Source of the DNA: Perkinsus olseni
Taxonomy: Eukaryota
NCBI GenBank assembly: GCA_013115125.1
Contig: JABANN010000254.1
Span: 1-46,998 of the forward strand
Direction of reading: 5' to 3'
DNA: 46,998 nt
Shown here: piece after piece, positions 1 to 11,300 of the stretch
Layout: every line of letters starts with the position of its first letter
Numbering within the stretch: the stretch's first letter is position 1
The notes under the pieces: model-generated
Database searches by the model: none
Seen by the model: the letters and a program-made list of their open reading frames with translations, nothing else
Told to the model about the DNA's origin: nothing
Made by a program: the position numbers and the translations under genes

Positions 1-1050
1 TTGATTTATCCCATACCCCCTTCGAGCCAGAAGTTTCCGGCGACCCCTCTGTGGTCCACATCGTGTTGATTCCCGCGGTGAGTGGTTTACTGAGGTTCTC
101 CTTAGCCCGGTCCTCAGCTGATACGAGGGTTAACCAAGCTAATACGATAGGAAAAAAGCATGACATGATGAGTTTGATAAACTGCACTCGGCCAGGGTAG
201 CTCCTTCCCGATATGTGACAAACTCAACGGCAAGAAGGTCTTGAGCGCACCCATAACCTCTTCGATCTCAACGAAAGCGAATATCTGGAATACCTGATAC
301 GTTCAATGAGCGAAGCAAGAGCTACACCGTCCGCATAGCAGCTCTTCTTTGACTGACGCATCTACACAGACGTAGTGGTAGGCGAAGAAGTCTTGTAGCG
401 ACCCACATAACTGAGCCTCGTACGCATTACCACGTCCGTACAAAGAACCGACCTATCACCATTACTGACGGGTGGTGGTCTCTCAATTTACTCCGCCGGT
501 GGAGAAGCAGTTATGAGATACGTACGGTCCTCACAGCCACTCTGCGGTATGTGCATTCGGTGGTGACAATCAGGGTTTAGTCCCATTGTTTTGATTAGAA
601 CCAGGTGTGCACGGGGTGAGCACGGTGCTGGACGTCCGCTTGTTACTGGAGAGATTCAGCAGCTAACAGACGCCTATCGAACCACCACACTTGCCTCTGA
701 TTCTTCGACAATGTAGTCAGCCTCAGATTCTGATTCGTCACTTCGGACAGCGCAGTCCTATTAAGCGACGTGAATGGTTCATGAGTGTGTATGATCATCT
801 ATGCTGAACCTCCAGGGCTTCGCTCGATCGTGAGGGCCACCACTGTGAAGGTGATGGAGGGGCAGTCTCAATGACGTCCAACGACTGACAGCAGGATCAG
901 GATGTCTCGTTAGAAGCTCCCAATACGTGTGCTTGACAACAGCAGTAGCAGCAGTCTCGCAATGGAATTTACTCGCTCGATTCTCTTCGTCGCACTGGTG
1001 ATGGCCGTTTGGGTTACTTCTACGACTGGTAGAGATGGGCTGAGTGCCTC
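1..1050 (-). CDS. Possible multi-exon hypothetical protein, 3' end probably outside the window
   Basis: Open minus-strand segments bounded by GT/AG (e.g. DCAVRSDESESEADYIVEESEA; VGSLYGRGNAYEAQLCGSLQDFFAYHYVCVD). No recognisable domain and no clear start. Confidence 0.25.
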
Positions 1051-1140
1051 AAGAATTCCCCGGCTCTCGCGGCAAGCAGAGACGCTGGCTATTCAAGGCA
1101 TGGTGACGGCTTAAGCGAATTTCCCGGTGCGTCCGGTAAA

Positions 1141-1227
1141 CGTCCGGTGCGGGGTTCGAACCCGAGACCTGACCATTTCGTGGCGCGTGACGGCGGCCAG
1201 CCAGCAAACCATCAACCATTACAGACG
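1141..1227 (-). pseudogene. tRNA-like relic or Pol III B-box element
   Basis: Minus strand reads ...AGGTCTCGGGTTCGAACCCCGCACCGGACG (B box and T-arm-like), with CCGCCGTCACGCG resembling a tRNA-Asp anticodon arm. Acceptor and D stems are imperfect. Confidence 0.4.
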
Positions 1228-1274
1228 GGTCCACCTTGTTCATCGCATTAGACGTATCTGTTTGTTGTTATTGT

Positions 1275-4200
1275 ATGAGTCCTGCGACGGGCGTCTCAAT
1301 GAAGCCCCAGAAGGTGGATTTTGCCGACGTCCCATCCCTACGGGCAGAGATCATATCGGGAGACCTTTCTAAAGTGAAGCCAGTGTTCTCTCGGGACAGC
1401 AAGTAAACAGCAGACTTGAGGTCAGTTGGTGACTGCCGTTTCCCCTAGGTTCCTCTACTGCGGTAGTGGGAAGGAGATCCTTAAATACAGCGTCAGTGCT
1501 GAACGATTGGTATCAGTATTGTGTGGCCACGAGGATGCCGTCACTGGCCTGTGCCTCAATTCCGATGGCGACTTAGTCAGTAAGTCTATTCCCCCCCTAG
1601 GAAGCCCTTTACTCACATTTGAACTAGGTTGCAGTTTGGATGGTACTATTCGGGATTGGAAGGGGGACGTGTGCTCGAAGGTCCACCAACTAAACAAGCC
1701 AATCCGCTTCATGGACACTGATAAGGCGGGGAATGTCTGGTACTACATAAAGGCACCCATAGCCCTCCGCAAGACCTCTCCGAACTAGGTATGTAGTACT
1801 GGAGGCTGAGGGAGCCACTCCAGCCTACCCTAAGGGTACCCTTTGTGAGTTCGACATATCCACTGGCAAAGTGTAGTACAGTGGGGTCATGGGCAGGATG
1901 CTACGATGAAAATCTTCGGCAGATACGCTCACGTTTATGCGGGTTGCATTCATGCTATGCAAGTGTCCCCTTCTGGTCGCTTCGCCGCCGCTATTGTAAG
2001 CGAACGAGCTGTCAATGGCTCCCTTGTAGCGGCCTTTTAGGTCGGGGGTCATGCTGGACGCTTGTTGGTCAACTGCCGTAGTGAGAAGGTCACCAGGGAA
2101 TGGCGACAACCGCTGCGAGGATCTACTCACAACAGGCTCACTGTAAGGATAAGACAGACGGTGCTGGTGACGGTTACTGCTCTATAGGCCTTGGCCGTCC
2201 ACCCTTCGGATGACCACGTCGCCACAGGTGATCAGAACGGCCGAATCAGGAGATGGTAGTAATGGTGTGGCTTCAATACTTAGCCTAATGACCCACGTAG
2301 GTATGTCTTCTCGGGTGAGGGCAATAGGTCTCTCGTGGGCCCCGGAGAGCGGGAAGCTGTGAAGAGCGAACAACACTGGCACTGTACGTCCGTTAAAGGC
2401 CTGGTCTTCGCCGGAGCCAGCGATGTCCTCATATCGGTCGCTGGGGAAGCGGTAGTCTATAGAGGCCCCTTATCAGCTTCCACAGTCCTTCTTGTCTAGG
2501 TTCTGTGCCAATGGACATCACCGTCTCAGAGGCACCCGGGAGTGCTGCCCCGTATAGCCCGCAGTGGGGCTGCTCAGATGGCGGTTGGTCCAGCTAAACA
2601 GGGTCTCGTGGCTGTCATTGGCAAGGGCAACTCCGTGTCGGTCGTCGATGTTAATAACAATCAACTGTAGTACTGGGTGGAGCTGCAGGTTGATAAAGAC
2701 AGGGTTCTGTAGGAAATGTACGCTTTACGGTATGGCCACTACTGAGGCTGCTGCTGTGGACGAAGGGAATAGGAAGACTAAGAAGATCGATTCCCTTGCG
2801 ACAGAAGGGGCGTCGACAGCATCATCTAGCTCTGGTTGCTATCTTACACCGTTGGAGGACAACACCGTCCTTGTTAGCTCACCAGCTTTCACGGATGTAC
2901 AGGTAGTGTAGCGGGCATGTCCTATGGCTCTACTCGGGAAGATGGTGGGTTCTATTCCTACGGCTGACGTTTTCGGCTATCTACATTGACGACGCTCTTG
3001 CAAGGTATTCGATGCAGTGGAGCTCCGCTTGGCTGACGAGATCGTCCCTTTGGTTGCCCGTAACTTCGTTACCACAGCCTGGCAAACTGGCAGCAAGTCT
3101 GCGATACCGGCTGCCCCCTGGGTACTCTCACCGACCGCCTCAGCACGGCCATTGTGTTGTCCCTCATCAGGTGGTCTCAACTAGTAGTGGAAGCTCTGAC
3201 GGGTCCTGGCTGGTGGGCGCTCTCCATCGCCCTAGTGCCGTCGACGGGGAAGGGGACGAGACTCTGTTGAAATTTTGGGATAGGAAAGCCAACAGGCTCC
3301 ACACTGTAGTGAAGCTGCGAGGGAAGCCTGCCAAGCGGACCGCTATCACGCTTAGGTCTGCGTGTCACCGCATAACGATCGTATCACCGCCTTATTACCT
3401 GTAAAGCGGAAGTTACCTCATACTGCTGCCGATGGATCCGAATCTGAACAACTCTTCGCCTCAGCTTCTAGGGACGGTGAGTTCGTCGCCTTCCACCTCC
3501 CTCGCTCACTGTGACATCAGGAACCGTCTCTGTGTGGGGCTTGACGACAGTAGACGAGAAGGCCGGCAATAGCGGTAGTAGATGGGAGCTCAGGGCCTCC
3601 CTGGGATGGAGAGGCCATACCACCCCTCAAGCTATGACCTGTGATGAGGAAGGCTCGGTAGGGTTGCCGCTGCCTGCTTCGTGCCTGCCACGTTGCATGC
3701 ACTGCAGGTCTTGGTAGCAGCATTTGGGAACTATGTAACGATATGGTCTCTTGATAACTATACTGAGTTGACCGCTGGCCGAATCGTAAGTGATGGGGTT
3801 CTGCCCCCCCTGACGCTCATATTCGATGGCATTCTCAGCATCTCCCTATGGAAGTGAAGGGAGTGCATCTTCATGGCACTCGGTTGTATTGTCTAACAAC
3901 ATCCAAACATGGTAGTAGTCGAAGGGTTGTTGATCTCTCTGCCGCCGTCAATCTATCGCTTCAGCTTCCCTACTGTCGTCGGTGGATCTCCTCACTCTGA
4001 AGACCACCAAGACCATCACCTTCCACGGGAAGGCAACCGGCCTCTCAGCACAGATAGGCCAGGAGAAGATGTTCGTCACGTGCCCTCGCAAGGTGGGGTG
4101 ATGAGGAGGCCCGCGCTGTTCCCACGGCCTTCGTTATCAGGTCCTCTGCTTCTCTGCACCATCCTTGAAGCTCATTTCAAGTGTCCCTCTTCCCGCACCT

Positions 4201-4733
4201 GCAGTCAGCTCCTGTGTTCTCTCTACCGGTCTCGTCATAGTATGGGAGCAATCGGGAAAGGTAGTCTAACCAACCGTTCTCTTAGCGGCAGCATCGTGGC
4301 AGTGGTAGGTCCTGAAGCTTGATCCCGACTCCCCAGTAGAGGGTCTTACTAAGATCAATGCAGCGATGCATGTTGATTATGTGCCCAGTATGGAGGAGGC
4401 GGCCGAGGACAGCAGGATGATAGTAGACGAGCAGAGGGATGACGAGGAGGAGGAAGAGGGGATTGAGGACCTCATTGAAGCTATGGACCAGTGGAACCTT
4501 GCAGATGAAAAGCTCAAGAATGTCAATGTGGTAATTTCCGGGCGCGCGGTAGAGCCTTAGGTTACCGTTCTCTTGCTCAGATGAGCGCATTGAACAGCCT
4601 TGTGGAGCCGACCGCACCCTCTCACGTCTGCCCCATGCCCTCCAAGCTCCTCCCAGATCTCCTGGACCGGATATTCGAGGTCTCTCGAGCAGGAGTTGGC
4701 AGTGGTGGTCACCGCAGGAACTTCGCCTCGTAA
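1275..4733 (+). CDS. WDR75: WD40-repeat SSU processome t-UTP subunit (WDR75/UTP17/NAN1), multi-exon
   Basis: Spliced N-terminus MSPATG...KPVFSRDSK|FLYCGSG..KYSV..LCGHEDAVT..CSLDGTIRDW, then HWHCTSVKGLVF..LISVAGEA|VLCQW..LPRI, and C-terminal PSHVCPMPSKLL. All match WDR75 family motifs. Confidence 0.8.
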
Positions 4734-4946
4734 CGCCACCTTTCACGTACATAACAACAACAGGCTGATGCCGACTGGATGATGACATCATCATTATTGA
4801 ACACCGACGATCATCCACACTTTACCACGTCCTTCCAGTTTCCTATTCGAGAGTCTTCCGCTGTTGTGCTCTAAAAAAGGGAAGGATATTATCAATGGTG
4901 CTAGTGGGTCCCCATGCTGCCTGTTGAGGCTTCCTGAGCGCTCCTC

Positions 4947-6159
4947 ATGGTGATAGAGGTGTCGCAAGTGGATGCGTTCGGCAGCTACTTGAAGGGCCAG
5001 TTTGGGAGCCTGAAGGAGGTTTTGAAGGCGATGGACACTACCAGTACAGGGTAATACAGAGGTGGTGGGGAAGGCGGTTTGCTATCATCATCGTGGACAG
5101 TACCGTATCCTGTATCGAGTTCATAGACTACTGCTGCCATGAGCTGCATTACTTCGCGTCGCGAGCTGAGGCCTCCGCGATGTTTCTAACGCTGGTGGGG
5201 CGGCAGAAAGGGAGAGGCAGGAGACGATCAGGCGTGCTCTGTGAGAGAGAAGTATTCGTGGCTATCTCGTAGGCCTTAGTTGTGTAGATACCGACTATCC
5301 TGATGTTGATGCCCTTTTCGGTGTCACCATTGGGGAAGCTGGTCCGCCTGGGTCTGCAGTGATGGAGGGTTCAAGTGAGAGTTTGGAGGGGAGGGAGGAT
5401 CAGGACCCTGGAGGGCGGGGGTTATCATTTGGAAGGGAAGATTCAGAAGAGAATGAAGGCACTTGTCGAGATGATGAGCATGGGGAGCATGCAGGGGACG
5501 AACTGGGGCTCTCCACAGCCGCACAGGCAGACCGCGACAGAAGCTCGTGCAGTCACAACGTCGACAAGGTGCTACAAACGAACTGGCCTCTGGGTTTATT
5601 CCTGGGTGATGGTCAGGGTTGCAGCCCCAGCCCTGCAGATGGCCAGCTTCTCCCAATCCCTCCGAGAGTCACGGCATCAATTTCTTTCTCCTCAGCTCGG
5701 TCACAGCAACGGGTTATCAGAGCCCACTCTGACAAGCGTCATAGTCAGTGTGGCCTCGAGAGAAGAAAAGGATCGAGCATGAACCCGACTGCCGTTGGGA
5801 ATGCTAGTCATCAATCGCTTGCCGCCACTGACCGGTCCAGGTGGGGCCATTGCATCTGTACTCGCGTACAGCCCTTTCTGGCCACTCTAGGCTGCATGGA
5901 GGCTCCGCAGCTCTAGGCAGTGGATCCGAGGCTCCCCTAAGTAGGACTCTTCTGGATGATGCATCATTGACTGGCCACTGCCTTGGATCTGCCTCGGGAG
6001 AGAGGCGTTGGGAGGATATCGAAGACCCTATACTTCGGGACTTCCTCAAGTATCCTCTTTCAAAGCCACTCTACTGACGATAGGGCCGTTAGTTACTCTC
6101 GAGCCGCCAGCGATCGTCTCCGAGACCTGGGTGGGCGGCGGCCACTTCCTCCACGGTGA
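4947..6159 (+). CDS. EF-hand-like hypothetical protein, multi-exon
   Basis: FGSLKEVLKAMDTTSTG|TVSCIEF resembles an EF-hand loop. Later exons are low complexity; stop TGA at 6157-6159. Start uncertain. Confidence 0.5.
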
Positions 6160-6299
6160 AGTTGACACTACTGGGTAGTAGTGCCTCAGCTGCATGCTGT
6201 TAGGGTGGTTGTTCATTTCGCAGTGGTCGATGGGTTGCGTTGAAGTGTCTATACTCAGTCGGGCATATCTTCTGACCCCGACCTCAGAGCTTGTCCGCT

Positions 6300-8216
6300 A
6301 TGCTGCGCCATGCATTTTCTAAGGGGGCTATACGGCTGTCAGCTGCTGCTACTACTGCAGCTGCAACATCCCTGAAAAGGACTGCTTTGTAAGAGCTTCT
6401 CCCCGATACTTATAGGGAGTGTTAAACTAGGTACGACTTCCACCTAGCGCATGGAGGGAAGATGGTGGACTTTGCCGGCTGGAGTATGCCTGTCCAGTAT
6501 AAGGATACCGGCATCATCACTAGCTGCCTTCATACACGGTAGTCTTACGATGGCAGCTTTTCACACGGTATTATGTTCATCAGGGCCGACGCTTCTCTGT
6601 TTGATGTCTCTCACATGGGACAGCTACGGGTCTACGGCAAGGACAGGGTGCGCTTTATGGAGTCCCTTACAGTGGGGGACTTGCAGATCCTAAAACCAGG
6701 GGAAGGTGGGTGGGGGAGTATACGCTGTAGTATCGTAGTCTTCTTATCCTAGTAGTGGTGGTGATGCACACGAGCCGGTCTACGGGCGCGTAGCCTGAAA
6801 CGGACTGATAGAACATCGGCCCAACTGGTCATTCCGAATGACCATTTGAGTCTCAGACAGAATTAGGTCGGTATGACCGAATGGCTTAAGTGATTATATC
6901 AACCTAATTCTGTCTCGGTTGATCGCGGCATGATAGACCGTTCGATTGGATTCCCGCGGCGCACTCTATGTACTACTCGGTGCGATAGTGTGGTCGTGTC
7001 AGGTAGACTCACCCTCCTCACAACGCCTCAGTCCACCATCATAGACGATACAGTAATATGCAATGAAGGCGATCATCTCTATGTCGTCCTAAATGCCAGC
7101 AACACTGATAAGGATATGAAACATATAGTAATAGCAGCGACCTGTCACACCCTGGCTACTGCCGCCCTCCCTTCATTCAGGAGAGAGCTCTGGAGGACTT
7201 TGACGGTGATGTGAGCCTAGAGCCGCATCCTGAGGCCTCGCTGATAGCCCTACAGGGCCCCAAGGCGATGGAGGTACTTCAACCTATGCTGGCTGAGGAC
7301 CTCACCAAGGTACTACTCACAGTAGTGCAGACCCGTTGCAGCCGGCGTACCGTAGGTGCCGTTTATGGTGTCCTTCGCTACTACGGTCAATGGTGTACCT
7401 AATGTTACCGTCACGCGGTGTGGATATACTGGGGAGGACGGCTTCGAGCTGTCCATCCCAACCTCGCACGGCGTCAACGCTATAGCGGATAAAATGCTAG
7501 AGAATGAGGTCATTGGGCTCTGCTGTGTAGCACAGTGACGATGGTCGGTCCAGTCAGGCGGTCCTCCCGGCAGGATTGGGGGCGAGGGACACACTCCGTA
7601 TTGAGGCGGGCCTGTGTCTCTACGGTCATGACATATCTGAGACAACTACTGGTGAGGATGCATTGGGGTGGAGCTCCCTGGGAATCTAGGTCTTCTGTTA
7701 GTCGCCGAGGCATCACTGGCTTGGACGGTGTCGAAGCGCCGTCGCACTGAGGCCAACTTTCCGGGAGCTGACATCTTCTTGAGGCAAGTGAAGAAAGGTA
7801 GGCCACTGATACATCTCCTCGGTCTGTGCCTGGTTAGGGTCTCTTGTAGGTGGAGTTGATCGGAAGCGGGTGGGACTGTTGGTAACGGGTCCGCCTGCTA
7901 GAGAGGGGAGCCTGATACTTGATACTGAAGGGAATAAGGTACGTCGTCTATTGCATGCTTCGAGCCAGGATATCATCGCCCGTATCATCAGATTGGAGAG
8001 GTCACCTCGGGGACCTTCAGCCCAACCCTCAATCGTCCAGTTGCCATGGGGTATGTCAGCACTGCCTACAGTAAGAGTGATACAGTAGTGCAGACCGAGG
8101 TTAGGAAGAAGATCAACGAAGCGACAGTAAGTCTGTGATGGTCGTGATGACCAGCCAGTCGTCGTCATCAGGTCACTAAGATGCCATTTGTTGAGGCCAA
8201 TTACTACAAGGTATAG
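6300..8216 (+). CDS. AMT: Glycine cleavage system T protein (aminomethyltransferase), mitochondrial
   Basis: MLRHAFSK presequence; [88 protein letters not shown]. Confidence 0.97.
6706..7002 (+). ncRNA. 297-nt GCVT intron with extended fold-back structure (candidate structured RNA or MITE)
   Basis: Perfect 14-bp inverted repeat AGACAGAATTAGGT (6855-6868) / ACCTAATTCTGTCT (6902-6915), hairpin TGGTCATT-ccg-AATGACCA, and outer pairings. Confidence 0.5.
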
Positions 8217-8350
8217 CTCGCCCGATACCGCTCCTTCACCTCATTTGGCTGATGGTATTTTTCAAGTCTTGGTTTCACGAATGCATCCTCACCCGCGTTG
8301 TTGATCACAGGGCTCGATCGCTTCACCGATGTTGTAGTTTTTTCTGCTCA

Positions 8351-11300
8351 ATGTTATCCCGGTTTTTCGGGGAGGACTCACAGGGTGAGGGTCACCAACA
8401 TCCCCAGCATCAGCAGCAGCCGCATCATCCAGCAGGTTCCCAGGAGGGGAGGGACGGAGGCTTGCAGCGATCTGCAGGTGGGGAGATGCGATGGTCCGTC
8501 GTACTTCCACTGCTGAGTTCATGTCAGAGTCGATCGAGTCAGCGGGAGACTGGCGTAGCGAGGAGCTTCAGGATATGCAGATGAAGCTGGACTCGGCGAT
8601 GGAACGGTTGAATAGAGGTAGGACTTCCTGCCATGGGGGCGCTGTCTGTTGTGAGGACGGTTTGTCAGAATCGACCCTGGCGGATCAGCTGAGAGCTGCC
8701 TTGTCCAATAAGGAAGGGGAAGCTGAGCAATTACAGCAGACTGTCCAGATGCTGCAGACGGTAGGCGCCGAGGCAGGGAAGGTGGCAGCGCGGTTGAGTT
8801 ACTCCTCATGTAGGAAAACAACCGACTGAGTACTAATCCAGTAGATGATGGTGATGTTAAGAAGTTGAGGAATAGGGTAGAGGAGCAGGAGGCGAAGGTG
8901 ATAGGGAGGAGGGAGGCTAGCACAGCCACGGCTCCACGTTGTGTTGGCCGCTCTAGAACAGTGCTCGTTCCGCTGTTGTTTTATTGCTGTTATTGAGACA
9001 TGGCAAGAGGGCCAGTATCGAAAACAGCGCTCCCTACTGAGGGGGCAAAGGCGACGTCTTGTCAGATCACAGCCCTGCAATCAGCCTTGGAGGAGGCTCA
9101 TACTGTTAAGGAGCCGCAGCCTTCCCAGGCCCAGCAGAATAAGGAGGAAGATCAGGGCCTTCGGGAGGAGCTGGGCCAATTAAAAAATACCGTAGGCAAA
9201 TACCAAGCGGAGCTGCAGAGGAGAGAGGTAGTGGAAACGGAGGCGTCAGGGTGATTCAGCCACGGTGACTCAGGGGGAGAACTCAGAGTTGCGGGACCGG
9301 CTGGCGGAGGCTCAGCGGGCTGAGGAGGACCAACGTAAGGTTCATGACAGTACCATCGTCTCTCGGCAGATCAAATAGGTAGTACTGTTAGATAAGGACT
9401 TGGCCGGGCAAGTTAGTGCAGCGGAGAAGACCGTGGAAGAGCTGCGACAGGAGCTGCAGGAGGCCCACCGAGCTCAAGTGAGTTGGGAATGGAGCGGTAG
9501 GTTGTGCGACGCGGCTATTAGGCGGCTGCTGCTGAGAAGTATGAGGCACGTATCGAAGAGTTGGAGAGGGCTAATTCTCCCAAGCGGGAAGATGTAGTAT
9601 AGGACGGCGCAGTGCCAGTAGGGTCGCCATTTCGGTTGGTCTTAGGGATCGTCGATGGCATCGAGTTACGAGGTCGTCGACTTGGAGCCATCCGCGGGGC
9701 AGCATAGCGATAATACCCCTCTACAGGAGCCTACTACCGAGGCATCGAGGATGGCTGAGGAGGATAAGGTCAGCACAACTACTACTGGGGTGTCCTGCGC
9801 TATCCTCGGTTTTAATGATGCGTCCTCTACGCTGTGAGCTCAGGTCGCATCAGATCTGATCAGGGGTCTTGATTTTTGATGAGGACGATGATTCGGTTGT
9901 TAGGCTGCCTTGAGGGCAGAGTTGGCCGAACGAACAGAGAAGGTGGAGGAGCTGCAGAATAGTGTCGAGCAACTTCAACAGCAAGTGGAGGACATCACGG
10001 CACAGCTGAAAGGTAACGGCGGGCTTTGTTGTGGCTTGAAAGATGACGCTAGAGGTGTCAGAATCGGAGGCTGGTCGAGAGAGGACTCTCCAGGAGCTCT
10101 CAGAAGCAACACTCACCTTGAGAGACCAACAGAAGAATGCCGAAGAGGGGGAGGCTAGGGCCGGCGAGGAAGCGGTACTAGGCGGGCGAGGGTGGCGGTA
10201 GCACGACCCTTGATCTTCAGGAGTCTCTGCGACGAGAGCTCCAGGCTAAGGAGGCCACTTATAACGACCTGCTACAGAGAGTAGAGGCGCTGAGGGCACA
10301 GATAGAAGGACAGGCTAAGGAGCTTGTGTGTAGGCAGTCATCGCCAATAGCCACGCATGGGTAAAGGCTTTTGCTTCAGCAATGACCACCGATAAGGCAG
10401 CAGAGGACGTGAAGTACAAGGAGGAGATGGCTGGTCTCAAGGACCAATTACAGCAAGCCATCGGTCGCTCCAACCTCGCCGACGGCCTGGTACGTCCCGG
10501 CCTTCCACGGAGTTGGAGGATATTTCCCCCCTCGGTTTTAGGAAGAGGAGCTTTCGGACGCTCAAATGGCCCTGACCGAGGCCCAAGACCGGGAGGCTAC
10601 GCTGCGAGAGGCAGCTGAGAAGGCCAAGGCTGAGTAGGTGGTAAAGGTGAAAGTTGTCGAATCACGCTGGGACTGCTGCTCAGATCGTCCAAAGCCACAG
10701 CGGAATGTACGGAGCTGAAGGAAAAGATCAACACTCTACAGTCCAGTCTAGCGACCTCTAATCATCAGGTAGGGGCTCGAACACTTTCCATCATCCCCTT
10801 CTTGTCGGCATGGTTGTCATGATGACTCCCTGTAACACGAGTCGTGATGTTATAGCAGATGCGTGCTCCTCACTGTTAATGACCATTTTCTCATTCCTTC
10901 GGCTGCGGGCCAATCGTACCATTCTGTGTTCGATAGCAAGTCCTACTCGGAGTCTTCCCTCGGGGCCCTGTGGAAGCCATTAGTAGTCAATGCTTGACAG
11001 GCTGAGGAGTATGAGAAGTCGGCTGCGGACGTGCAAGCCAGCGTCAATGCTCTGAAGGATCAAGTTGCCAAGGCCGAGGAGCAGAAGGAGGCAGAGAGGC
11101 AGCGGGCAGATACCACGCGAAGTGAACTGGAGGACACCGTAAGGGTCCCTGAGCGGAGGGTAGGTGCGACCACCGGCTCTTTCTTCAGAAGAAGCAGTTG
11201 GCTGAGCTGAAGGCTGGTAATGCCTCGAAGGACAAGGACATGGAGGGCCTCAGAGCACGGCTCGAGGAGATGCATGAGGAGTTCGCAGTAGGAGAAGCTG

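Noticed and set aside
6706-7002. Canonical glycine or TPP riboswitch, or hammerhead ribozyme, in the GCVT intron
   Set aside because: No GGAGA/CCGAAG/CTCTCAGG or CTGAGA/ATACC/CCTGA consensus in order; GAAAC and CTGATAG are too close to form hammerhead stems.
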